Assembly (NCBI GenBank): GCA_037447605.1
Contig: CM074809.1
Location: 1,106,689-1,170,688 of the forward strand
Length of the DNA stretch: 64,000 nt
Origin: Zygnema circumcarinatum SAG 698-1b
Taxonomy: Eukaryota; Plantae; Zygnematophyceae
Direction of reading: 5' to 3'
Translations under genes and position numbers: made by a program
The notes under the pieces: model-generated
Seen by the model: only the letters and a program-made list of their open reading frames with translations
Databases searched by the model: none
What the model was told of the DNA's origin: nothing
Part shown: one piece after another, positions 15,001-32,700 of the stretch
How positions within the stretch are numbered: the stretch's first letter is position 1
How the letters are laid out: each line of letters begins with the position of its first letter

Positions 15001-15526
15001 TCAGTGAAATCCCTCTTTCTTCAGACGGGCCTCCACAAACAACCGCCACCCGCAGCGGTTCGTCTGCGCCTCCTTTCACTATGCGGCGACGTTGTTGCCT
15101 GCTGCATGCGCGAATTCACAAAAGAAAAATTGAAAACAGACTCAAATCAATTCGTACAAACTTCAGTTCTACAGCGAGTGAAGGTATCAGTAACAAAAGT
15201 CCACAAATGCTCATCTTCTTCTCCTTGTTTCACTTTCTGCCTCTGCTGCCGCAGTCATCAGTTCATTACCTCGTCAGAACAGCCTCCCCCGCCATTGCAA
15301 CCGTCCCTCGCGCTTGAAGCCGCTTCATACATGTTTGGTCCACGCTATGGCAGCCATGGCGAGGACGAAGCCACCAAGAGCGCGCGACGTCCGCTGCAGA
15401 GGAGAGCGATGCCGAGCTGCCTGACGGACCACCCTTCTGACGCGTGGCTCCCTCCCCCTTGCAAGGTGTGTTCCCCAGCAGAGCCTCCCCCAACGACTGC
15501 CCTAGACACGCTCCTCCAGCAGCCAT
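6029..15526 (-). CDS. DDL: D-alanine--D-alanine ligase, plant two-module type, with probable plastid transit peptide
   Basis: 24 exons in frame: 15270-15526, 14969-15098, 14348-14419, 14147-14190, 13840-13951, 13396-13467, 12817-12879, 12418-12495, 12070-12162, 11677-11796, 11209-11295, 10774-11040, 10127-10381, 9807-9907, 9280-9530, 8772-8840, 8579-8643, 8212-8423, 7832-7910, 7414-7651, 7121-7166, 6644-6752, 6276-6338, 6029-6127 (TAA). Motifs occur twice: GGPSEERGISLNS / GGETSERQVSLMS, LHGKFGEDG / VHGGIGEDG, VKPARAGSSLG / VKPASDGCSTG, plus IEANTVPGMT. Confidence 0.93.
6980..7023. repeat. (GGTTA)n pentanucleotide microsatellite in a DDL intron
   Basis: About 8 copies of GGTTA/GTTAG, one variant (GTTCG). 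Confidence 0.9.
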
Positions 15527-15589
15527 GGCTGCCCACTTCCTTTCAAGCTCTGATTTCCCAAGACTGCTCATCCCCCCCCCACATGCCCG

Positions 15590-16345
15590 CTCCATGTACT
15601 CGTTACCGCCTCCGTTCCAACACGAAACCGTCAAGTTGGCCTGACACGCGGTGGCCCCTCATTGGCTTTCCTGATTCAGAAAAACCAATTGACCGTACAA
15701 TTAGAATACTGAAGGTACGAACGTTGACTTGACGGTTATTTCGTAAAAAATGGGTTGACCTTAATGTACGGTCATGTATGCTGCTCTGTACGAAATTTTA
15801 CGGGTTTGGCCAAAATCTCGTGGTTCTCCTTGCGCCCTTTTGGCCTGGACGGCTCTCGCCTATATTATGACGTAATATTACTGTCTGATGATGCCATCTT
15901 CTCTACGCGCGTCGAGCCCATTCATGCCAGAACGCCTGTTGCCGTTGCGCTTTGGCTGAAATTCGGTTGCTGTTACAGCCACGTGGCAGCCGCTGACTAA
16001 GCGGAGGCATGCTAGCACGTGCCACAGCGCACGGCGATCGGCCGCGCGGAGGGAGGGAGGGCGGCCAATCACCGCCCTCCACCTCCGACTTGGCGCACTT
16101 CCCGAGGGCCGCGGCTGGGATTGGGGGCACAGGGGCACGGGGCCCTTCTGTCCGTACAGTTCACACTTTCCGTACTTGTATTCGTACAGTTCGTACATTC
16201 TGCACGTTTCTCCGAACTATAACGTCCGATTTGAACTGTTCTGTGTGGTCACGTCACGGGGCACGAAATGGGGCATGTCCCCCTTCCCCTGAATTCCCTG
16301 ACAGCGCGTTTATGTTATGGCGTCATCACGGCAGGTCACGTGCGC
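15590..16345. promoter_or_regulatory. Divergent DDL/MTP promoter region with a GTAC cluster and G-boxes
   Basis: GTAC at 15596, 15695, 15715, 15766, 15788, 16154, 16172, 16184, 16193. Palindromic GCCACGTGGC at 15978-15987 and further CACGTG near 16016 and 16337. Function is inferred from position and motif only. Confidence 0.5.
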
Positions 16346-16571
16346 GTCTTACTTGAACGTAGCATGGATGTGACCGCAGAGGGATCCTGCACTGCGTGGA
16401 GGGCGCCAGATGGTGAGGGGGCGAGGGGGGGAGCATGGCGCCCAAGGCGGGGCTTACTGTTGCCACTCTGCTGGCACGTCAGCTTCTTCGTCGACTGCAC
16501 ACGGAGCATCTCTCTAGATAAAGCTTTGAGTATCCCTGTCGAGGGATTTGCAAAGCTCGATCAGGGTCAGC

Positions 16572-19500
16572 ATGCCGTCAGGCTTCGGCAGAGAGAGCTC
16601 CAGCAGGGCGCCGTCCGTGCTGTATCCCCTCCGCTCTCCGGACGAGGCACTGCGCGATGAGAAGTGGGCTCTGCTCGAGGGCCGCAGGCCTGCGCTGCTT
16701 ACAAGCGCAGCGGGGGAGCAGCACAAGATGCTCAGAGGAGAGAGCAGTGGGAGGGGGCACAGCAGGAGCTTCAAGGAGCAAATGTGCACGCCTACCATCA
16801 CGCAGTCGCCGCATTTGGGGGGGTGGCGGTACAGGCACGACCACTTATGGTCGGATTTGCCTTCAGAAGAAGATTCCCGGATAGCTTCAGGTAATTTTGG
16901 TCGAAGGGGTTCCAGGTAATTCAGAACGAAGGGGCATTTTCAGGGGCATTTTTCAGATACCATTTTTCGAATTTTTTTATTGCTTTAGTTATCTTCTTAC
17001 GGGTGTCTAAGCTTCTGTTTTCTACGGCTTATGGAAGTATCGACATATCGTACGCTTACTCGCCTCTTGCTTTTGCTAATTCAAATCAGCTCTTACTTGT
17101 TCCATAGTGAACACTTTAAAAAGTAAAGCCAACGCGGGCTAGAGAGGTTTTCCTTAGTTAAACGTCTACGAATGATTATGGACATCATTTCACCTTCCTG
17201 TTATTTTCCACGCAGTGCATATTTCAGTCAAGTGATGGGATTTAGGGCCGACTGATACTTTTTTTTTTCACATGATATCCAATAGATCTTACTAGGATCG
17301 CTAATAAGTAGTTTCTTTCGTTGAACCGAGAAGTACACTATATCAGCATGTAAAATTAGACAGGTGATTTTCCCGAAAAAAGTTGTAACGTAGGGGGCCT
17401 CCGCAAGCGGGTTCTCTATATTCTCAAGTTTGACCATTATCGGTTCTTGATCATGTGAGGCACGAGAACCTTCTAGGGCCCAAGAAAGATTCGAATGAAA
17501 ATCAAAATTCCATCGCTAAGAACCAATCGCATTGTCGTCCTTACCCTGAGGTGTGCTCCTTTTTGGGGTCATTGAAATAGGTTTCGAAGTACTGCATCCG
17601 TTGTTTGGGAGGAACGTTTCGCACATTTGTGATGCACCCCAGTTGACTTCCTGATTATGTAAATTGTTGTGCTTCTCCAGGTATGCGTGATTTCTACCGA
17701 CGTCAAAGAGTTGTGTTGCAAGGATTTCGCGACGTTGACGAGCTTCTGAAAGCTGAACCCATCAAGGAAGAGCAGAAACTGCTTATGGAGGGCATAGAGA
17801 AGGGCGAGAAGAGGGCAGTGCAGCTTTCCAACTTCGTCAACTTGATTCTGTTTGCAGCCAAGGTATACTGAGATTTCGTTACATCGTGAACTTGAGACTT
17901 TTGTTTGGCCGCACAAACGTGGAACTCTGCCCTTTTGAAGGAATATAATTACCTAATTTTTTGGGTTGCTCCAGTCACGTCATCTTTGGTTTGTGGAAGG
18001 ATAGATGCACAACGAAGCTTAATGACAGTCCGAATTTGCGCAGTTGTTTGCAGTGTGTCCAGGCGAGTTGAGGTCCTTGGTATGGCTTAGGCACATTGAT
18101 CGCCCTTTTCATGTGGTCAAGCATATCCTATCCCATCCTATCTTATCCTATCCTGTCCTATCCTATCCTATCCTATCCTGTCCTATCCTATCCTATCCTA
18201 TCCTATCTTCTACTGTGGGAACCCTTCATTTGCTTGATTACGAGGCCATAGAGTAGGTTCACTGTCAATAGAAATGCTGGAGAGTGCTTGTTGGAGCAAT
18301 GGCCAACCAATCCATGCCATTATGCCAACTCCTTATGTGCAGCGAAGTGTGCAGTAGGCAAGAGCATAGTTCCATTGAAGGCAGGGAGGGCGCAGGTCTA
18401 TGTCTCCATCAACACCGGCTCTCTCGCGGTCATCGCGTCCACATTAGATTCACTTTTGGACCTTGTGGCAGGTGGGATCTTGTGGATAACTGCCCGGTCA
18501 ATGCAGGAGCAGAACAAGTACAAATATCCTGTCGGAAATCGACGCATGCAGCCTGTGGGCATTATTGTTTTTGCTGCCATCATGGCGACACTTGGTAAGT
18601 GTGGAGATTGCTGCAATGCGTGTTCGGTTTTGATATCACACATGTATGCTGAGGTAGTGTGATAGGAAATGCAAAATGCCCTGTTCTTGATCCTGAAGTT
18701 GCTGTGATTATCCCTCCCCTGCCCTTTGCAGGTGTGCAGGTCCTGCTGGAGGGAGTGAAGCAGCTAGTCGAAGGCAGCAGGGTAGCGACCAAACTCAGCT
18801 CCTCGGAACTGATTTGGGTGGTCATAATTTTTTGCTCCGTTATTGTGATCAAGCTGGGGCTCTTCCTGTTCTGCCGCCGATATGATGATGAGATTGTCCA
18901 GGCTTACGCAATGGTAAGAACAACCTTTTGTTTTTTTTGCCATTTTCCATTGTGGTGGAAAGCATTCTCTGTGAAGTTTCTGCATGATCATTATTCTTTT
19001 GCTGCAGTGGGCTCCTGAAGCTGTCCCATAGACTTCAAAAAGCTCTCTCCGACTCCTTCTCCACCTAGTTAATGGATGCTCTTTAAGTAGCGATTGTAAT
19101 AGACACTTTTTCCTTAGCTTAAAGTGTGGAGGCTGGGAAGCAGGACCACTTTTTCGACATCCTTACCAACTCAGTGAGTTTGGCTTCAGTGCTGTTGGCT
19201 CGCCAGTTCCTTTGGTGGTTCGATCCTGCAGGCGCCATTGCCATCTCCATCTATACCATAGTCAATTGGTCCCTGACTGTCTTTCAAAATGCAGGTCTAC
19301 AATGCTGCCTTCGCCTTGAGGTGCACTTGGTCAGAGCTCACAAAGCAAGCCTTTGATCTGTCCTGGCAGGATTTTAGAACTGCTTGACATTTCTCTTCCA
19401 GCTACACGTACTTCCTTTATGTATTCAACCACAGTCCGGAAGTTTTGGTTATTGTTTCTTTACTCTTGATCATATCACTCGAAAGCTTTTTAAGATATCT

Positions 19501-19985
19501 GATTTAATGTCCTCTGTTGTTGTATTTCTACTTTACAGTGTCACTGGTAGGCGTAGCTGCACCGTCGGAATTCATTTCGAAGGTGACGTATTTGGTTTTT
19601 AATCACGACAAGCGCATCAAAAAAATCGACACAGTGCGGGCTTGGACGTTTGGATCCCTCTACATTGTGGAGGTGAATGCAGAACCACCTCCTTCATTTG
19701 CTTTTGACGAGCCTCCTTTGCTAGAAGCCATTCACAGCATTGAAGCCCATGACACTAATATCTCTTGTCTGTAGGGAAATGCTAAACTGACTTTGGAGGG
19801 ATTGTCAGGTTGACATTGTACTCCCTGAAACTATGGTTTTGAGAGAGGCCCACGACATAGGGGAAAGCCTTCAGGACAAACTTGAATCTATGCCTGAAGT
19901 TGACCGTGCCTTCGTGCACCTCGACTACGAGTCTTCCCACAAGCCCGAGCATTCAGGTGTCTATATCCCTCCCTCCCTCTTGTGA
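16572..19985 (+). CDS. MTP: Cation diffusion facilitator / metal tolerance protein, Mn-CDF (MTP8-11-like)
   Basis: Exons 16572-16890 (start least certain), 17681-17862, 18396-18594, 18732-18913, 19144-19294, 19539-19672, 19809-19985. Motifs [78 protein letters not shown]. Confidence 0.92.
18126..18207. repeat. (TCCTA)n microsatellite in an MTP intron
   Basis: About 16 slightly degenerate TCCTA units. Confidence 0.9.
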
Positions 19986-20950
19986 TTGGGTAAGCAGATG
20001 GGTGCTAAGAGATGGGTGCTAAGCAATATAAGGGACGCCACAGTTTTCTGGTTCTGCTTTTGCTCAACCATTTCCAGCACGTATGCTGGACGGAGCCTTC
20101 TTTCTGATTAAGTGCTCACTGTATGCGAGATTCAAGGCAAAGTAGTGTTCGATCACTGTGTAGCTTCTTATCTTTCTTTTTAGGATAAGTGACACTCGAT
20201 TAGGAATTGTACAGGTAGGTAGGCAGGTCAAGTTAGTAGACACAGCAGCTTGTGCTCTACTTTGCTCCTTCGAATAAAAGCCCTCTTTGGTCCGGCTTGC
20301 TGATGTACGGATCAGCAAGGTCCCAAAAATTCTTACGGGGAAAGTCTTCCGAGTGGAGCCTTGACAACGAGCTAAGATGTTCTTGTTTTCGTTGAGCCAT
20401 TGGACCTTTTTTTAGGAAAATAGACGTCCTGTTCTGTGCAGTGTTGCTTGTGGTTTTGAACGGAAAGAAAAAAAAAACTTCAAAAAAACTAAATCCTCCA
20501 GACCCTACAAGGCTTGTACTTCACTAACCTTCACTAGATTACAGTAAGCGAATCATCAAAACATACCACCTCATTATACAATCCACAGCCGCGATAAGTT
20601 GGAATCAACAAGTGTGAGTGACCACAAGTACCTTCTAGGGTTCTGAACGATTCACATGCAAGTGCATGTCGCCGCCGGCCGAGTTTTGAGTTTTCTTTTT
20701 GAAAACCGAACCGGACCGCGAATGCCTCCGCAGGGCTCGTGCGGCGGACTGCGCGTATCGAGACATATATGGATATCGCGATACATACGCGATCAGTAAC
20801 TAAATGCCGCGATACCGTTTAATATCGTATCAATTTTCGTACAGGCGTACGGTCTGGCATAAACGACAAACCCGCAGCAGCCCTTAACCCCCTGGCGTAC
20901 ACCCAACCGCCAAACCACTACTGTACTGTAGGCTCGGACCAGTGGATCGG

Positions 20951-21113
20951 GAACCATTAGACAACCATTGGATGGCAATCGTTCGACGTCTAATGGTTGG
21001 CAACCAGTCGAATGGTTGTCAACCATTGGCATCCACTGGATCCGAACCAGTCGAATGGTTGTTTCGATCCAGCGCCAATGGTTGGCAACCAGTCGAGTGG
21101 TTGGTCCAATGGT
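20951..21113. repeat. Cluster of short palindromes and inverted repeats upstream of SRP54
   Basis: Three copies of (C/G)AACCAGTCGA(A/G)TGGTTG at ~21001, ~21044 and ~21086. Inverted pair AACCATTAGAC (20952) and GTCTAATGGTT (20988). Confidence 0.75.
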
Positions 21114-21218
21114 CCGCCCGGTGCACCCTTGAACCCTAACCCCTCCCTAATCCCACCCCCGGCGTGCAGGAGAGCTGTGCCCGTACTGGCGGACGATACC
21201 ACGCGACGACATGTCGAA

Positions 21219-21301
21219 CGATACGATACGGTATCAGGATATGATACTGAGATAAGATACGCTACTATACGATATGATACGATGCGATACGATACGATAC
21301 A
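21219..21301. repeat. Degenerate (GATAC)n microsatellite in the SRP54 upstream region
   Basis: Run of GATAC/GATAT/GATGC pentamers. Confidence 0.85.
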
Positions 21302-21519
21302 GTGTAAACTGCAGCTTTCTGATCAGATTAGGGTTTGCTCCTCTCTACTTCAGAGCCCTCTGCTTTTTCCCGAGCTCTGAGAGGAGGAGACCGGGAGCCG
21401 TTGAAGGGGGCGGTGGAGAGTTCTTTAGAGGAAAGGTAGCGCCAGGAAGGAAGGAAGAAGCATCAACAGCTTCAGCAGCTTCACTGCAAATTTTTCTGTG
21501 AAGATTTTGGTGCTCCAAG

Positions 21520-25780
<4,261 letters not shown>

Positions 25781-27037
25781 TGTGCGAGATTCGGTAGTGT
25801 ATAAATGTAATTCTCTTTTTTTCTCTTCCATGATGGTGATGCCTCCGCTGAAAGTGAGGTCTGTTTGGCATGGTGCTGTGCTCTTTACCTTGTCTTATGT
25901 AAAATTTGAAAATACATTCTTTTAATGCTTTCAAGTTCCCTTCGTTCGTTGGATGTTCGGAATATTTCGTTCACAACCAAATCCACTGAATTCTTGACAC
26001 GGCGTCCTTGATTACTCCAGAAAAAGTAATGGTTGACACACATTCCTGTTTCGGTGAAACCTCCAACTCTCATCATTCATTCAATTTCCATATGCCACGT
26101 AAGGAGCTGTTTATACGCAGAATTTAGGACAAACATGTAGACCGCGTGATAAACAGAAGTATAAGACGAGTTTTGATGGGCTCGCTGTCGTGAGTTCAAT
26201 GCCACTTTCCTTCGTTTAATAGTGACTAAGCATAGGCTTCGTTATGAAAATGTTTACGAAAGACTTACAAGACACCCCTTAAGCCCCGCCACGTTGGTTA
26301 GCCCATACTTACTTAGCTTCCTTCCCCGTCCTGAACCGTCCTGAACCCTTACCCCAAATGCAAAACTGAATGAAATGCAAATGCGCTTGTCCAGTCCTTG
26401 GACCCTAAGCCATATCAGAGAAAACACATTGACAATCCAAAACTTCAATTCTTGACATTCAACAGCCGGCCTGACTCTGCACTTCACAAAGCAAGAACTA
26501 TTGCGGGAAACCATTTCCCCTAATGATATCTCACATTTCCAGTACTTAGAATCAGATCGTTGGAACGTCAAAGAATCCTTAAGAATTTCAATTGAAGAAA
26601 AATGATCGGAATGAACCGAAGCCCAAGTTTGAAAAACTACAACAAGCGTCCCTGCATAACGAACTGTGTACCTCTCCTCGCACTCTCCCCCCTCCCTAAC
26701 CTGGCAATCCACTTCTGTAAGGAGGTAACACCAGAATGACCCACAAGTGGCCTTGCCAAGATAATGACTTGGAATTCGAGTAGACAGAAGAATAGACGGC
26801 TTCGTCTCAGCCGGAACTCACAGGAGAAGCTAACAAGACTGGCTGTAACCAGCGAAGACTTCGAGCTAAAACCGCATAGACATGAAGTGAGAGCTCATTT
26901 CTGCCAAGCTGGTTAATCTAAAACCTGAGGTATATACATGCCAACAAGCCTTACAGAAGTGATAAAGTTGTGCAGAAATTCTCATCTTCCTGATCAGGGC
27001 AATGAACACTCAGTTGCTTAGAGGCATGTGGCGGAAC

Positions 27038-28628
<1,591 letters not shown>

Positions 28629-29154
28629 CTAGCAGCTTCCTTTCCCTCCCTCTCGCTCCCCTCTCCCTCTTACTCTCCCTCTCTCTAGCTCTCTCTCCCT
28701 CTCTCTCCGACGACCGCTGCAGGGCGGCGCTTATGCCTGCCTCCCCGCCCGCCTGCCAGCCAGCAGGGCGTCACGTCACGCAGCCCGTTTCGCGAAACGG
28801 GCCACCGTCCGCAATGAATGCAGGCAGTGGCCGTTCCACGGAACGGCAGCCGCCCGAGGCGGCGGAGGACGTTCCGCGGAACGGCCGCGCTGACCAGCCT
28901 CGCCAGGTCCGGCGGTCCGTACCTGCCCCGCAAAGCGCCAAAAATCAGGCTCGCCGTGATGCCGGACCGCCAATAGCAGGGGCGGGTTTCCGCGGAGTTT
29001 GAAACCCGCCGTTCCTCGGAACGCGCCCGTTGGGCGGGACAGGCCGGTTCGCGGTCCAGATCGGTAAAACTTTTGGGAAGGAGATTTTCCCGATCGGGCG
29101 GTGATGATTGAGCAGATCGTGGCCGTTGCTTGAGCGAATCGAATCCAGAGTCAC

Positions 29155-29282
29155 CGTACCGTTCGTACGCGAACCTAAAAAGTACAGTACTGTACTGTAC
29201 CTCCTGAAAAAAAACTGTACGAACACTCTCCATGCTGACCCGCCTATGTATGGATGTATGTATGTATGTATGTATGTATGTA
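29155..29282. promoter_or_regulatory. GTAC cluster and (TATG)n run in the divergent ARF1/MCMBP region
   Basis: Seven GTAC within 29156-29220, including GTACAGTACTGTACTGTAC. (TATG)n at ~29245-29282. Confidence 0.5.
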
Positions 29283-29433
29283 ATTGTTGTTGTGAAAGCG
29301 GCCGTGGGAGGTGCATCACTCCCCCGCCACCGCGCGCGCCGCCGTCGGAACAACGGTACGGCGCACTGGCGACTGACTGGCGGGCTCGTCATCTGACATC
29401 GAAGTGGGTTGGACAACGTGCCTCTGCCAGTGC

Positions 29434-29459
29434 GCCCATGCCCATGCCCATATGTCCAT

Positions 29460-29530
<71 letters not shown>

Positions 29531-29650
29531 GGCGCGGCTTGGGCGGGTTCAAGCCGCGCCATTTCCCGCCAATGCGAGCAAGCGTTGTTTGAGCCGCGCT
29601 TCCCGCCCCCTCGACCTTCCCCCCCCTCGACCTTCCCCCCCCTCGACCTT

Positions 29651-29720
<70 letters not shown>
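29434..29720. repeat. (CCCATG)n and (CT)n microsatellites upstream of MCMBP
   Basis: CCCATG run at 29434-29530. CT run at ~29657-29720, ending 10 bp before the ATG. Confidence 0.92.
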
Positions 29721-29723
<3 letters not shown>

Positions 29724-29730
29724 GCGCGCC

Positions 29731-32700
29731 ATGGGCGCTCCGCCGCACGACTGCGTGGCCAACCCGCTGGGAGCCGCACGGGCGCTCTTCGATGCTGCCA
29801 GCCGGCAGTCTGCGGAGGGGCTCGGCCATGGCGACTGGGGCCTCGGAGAGCAGCTGGAGAGGCGGCTGCTGGACGACGGCATGCTCGACCGTGTAAGGCG
29901 CTCCGCGGCCCTCTCATTATGGAGGGGTGGCGTACCCGCAGTAACCAAACCATTCTCAATATGAACTCGGACGGAAGCAGCATGATTGCATTGGAACTGC
30001 AGCTTTTTGCTCCATACAATTCCTTAGCCGCTCCGGGAGTAAGTTTCTCTCGAAGAAGGCATGCACGTCGTCTATGGATAAGATATTTGTTCAATTCATC
30101 TTATTTTTTGGATTGGAAGGTTTATGTAGGAATTCGATACTGAGATTAGACGTGTACGTTTTGCAGATACCTGAAATCAATTCTACTCAGCTTGCATTGA
30201 GTCCGCCGGGAACACTTGTGCGCTTTAGAGGCATGGTGCGTGGACAGTCACACCCTTGCATCGTGCCTTCCTTCTCTATTCTCGATAACCTCAGTCCAAG
30301 ATCAGAGGCCGATGTCCAAATTAAACAAACCATTTGTCTTTCTGTTCGGAGTAGGCGGTACTTTCATACTTTGCAGAAATTACAGCCCACATCATTCTAA
30401 AAGTATTGAAAAAAAAAAGAGCATAATGACAGAGAGTATTGAAGGAGATACTGCCCACCGATCTCGCTTGTATAGCCAAAGTTTAAAAAGAACAATTTGA
30501 GTTTCCATTGGTTCTAAACCTTTCGCGATGAAGGTGTCTCCGAAAACAGAAACATTCCGTTTGGGTGATCAAGGGCTGACTTACTCGTTCTCAAAGTTAA
30601 CTTTCGTTAATGGGTCTTATGGTGCTTTTCAAGGAGCTTTGACGGACCTTTTGTGCCGTCAAGTACTATCAATCTTGACTTTCATTCTTTTGTTAATGCT
30701 GAAAAAGGGAGTATTCTTCAGCAAGCAGTGAATTTCTAGAACCCCCCCCGGTTGCTGATTTCACTGAAGTTCTGCTTTAAATGGAAATTCATTGTTTGCA
30801 GGTCCAAGACATGTTCGACATGGAATACTATGTGGGAGCATACATGGTGCCCTTTCTTTCTAGCCGTCAGCGTTTGTCTCCCCTTTATGCACTGTCTTAC
30901 GTTTGAGGACTTCGGCAGCTGTCTTGTGGATGAGGCAGATCTCGTCAGTACATTGAGCATGATTATTGGCTGAGAACTTGTATAACTTAGAATTTTCGGA
31001 CTTCTCAAAGGCGCGCGTCATTCCATGTCTGTGAGGTGTGTGTATTATGACGTATGTTTGCTTGTTTGTTTGTTTGTTTCAATTGACAGGAAGATGGCAT
31101 TTGGCGCACAACAAAGTATCACGATTCAACACCGTCTCCTATAGCTATGGATGCAGTAACGCAGATATGGGACAGGCGACCCCTTTACTGTGTGCCAGTA
31201 AATTCCTCTTTAAAACCGAGGCTTTCACTCGTGATAGGATAGGCTTAGCCAATCGTCATCCCAGCGGATCAGGATTTCTCCCCTTCAGGCTCTTTCGTCG
31301 TTCTCCTAGCCTATGGTTGCCCAAAGTCTGTCTGGGCCAGACTTGAGAGTGGTATAAAATGTCTATGACGTAACAAAGGGGAGGACGCGCAGTTGAAGAC
31401 AAAACTGTAGTTTGAGATAGCGTCTTGTCTCTTGTGTTGAGATAAAACGAAGTATGTTTGCTTGGGACGATCGGTTTCTAGATGTGTACACTTATACCTT
31501 AGCAAAACAAAGGACTTCCGCCAAGGCATCGGCGCGATAAGCACATTACCATCATATGCTGATTTGCAGGTACCTGGAGAAAGCGCATGGTTTCGACAAA
31601 CGTTGGCAAGTCCTCGCATGGACGAATTGACCTCTCAGGCTTTCCAGAGTGGAGGAAATTCTACCCAACACAGCAAGAGGCAGCGCGAGGACCCTGAATC
31701 TGCCCAGGTAACATGCTCAATCGCAACCAGAGGGACCCTATTTGGGAAAAAGGAGAGAAAATACTGATAAGAAAATGCGAGCCGCTTGATGTGCATTGCG
31801 CTGAAATCCTGCCCAGGTTTACATATGGCAACAGACCTTCAGCTTGGCCAATTGACCAGGCCCTCGTTGATAGGACAAACTGAGTTCACATTTAGGAAGA
31901 ATAAACTAGTCAACTCGATTGCATTCTTAGCGGTGAATTGATGAACGGAGTGATCAGAGAGACCTCCCTCAGCAGGTTCCTTGACGACGACCGTTTTATC
32001 ACTGTGTTTTATCACTTACGGCTGCTACAGCGTAGGTGGCGCAAGGAACAAGAAAGAAATGGTTTTCACATCTACCACAGCGGTGCAGTCTTTGGTTGCC
32101 TGCTCAGCTCTATCTGCTCGCAATTCACGTGCCAGTAATCAGGGAAACTCTGCTGTGGAAGAATGCAGGTCATGGAGGAGGCCGAGATGGTGGATAAACT
32201 CGATGCTGAACAACAAAAGCGACAGGTACGGCAGGCCGTGCTGTCTAGCGACCTAAGCAGGGTAGAGATTGGGCTCATCCTACCCAACAGTTGTGCATTC
32301 CGGAGTGCTTCACAAAGTCTCCATCCCTGAAGGGGGATACTGAACATTGATCTAACCTTGAGTCATTTTCAGCTCATCGTCCTGACAGTCTTTGGGACTC
32401 TCACCTCGACTTACCTCCAGTCGTCAGGATGCAGATACAAGAACAATGTTTACATAGAATTCCAAGCTAGGAAACACCAAGAGGGACTAAAGTTATTTCA
32501 TGGCAGTATTTGAGGATTGAGCTTGAAGAGCATTCGACTAAACTGCATTGTTCACAAAGTAGGGTGGCAGCTTTCACACAAGTACAGTAGTATTGAGGCC
32601 CATCGACCTCTGTTTCTGCCCCGCAGCGCGATGAAGGGGCGCAACCACTCGGCGAGGAAAGGCATGCGCCATTCACAGATCTGAACCTTCCACTTGGAGC

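Noticed and set aside
28685-30143. Many long ORFs with MPMP, AWAW, CPCP and ERER runs
   Set aside because: Products of (CCCATG)n and (CT)n microsatellites and the GC-rich promoter.
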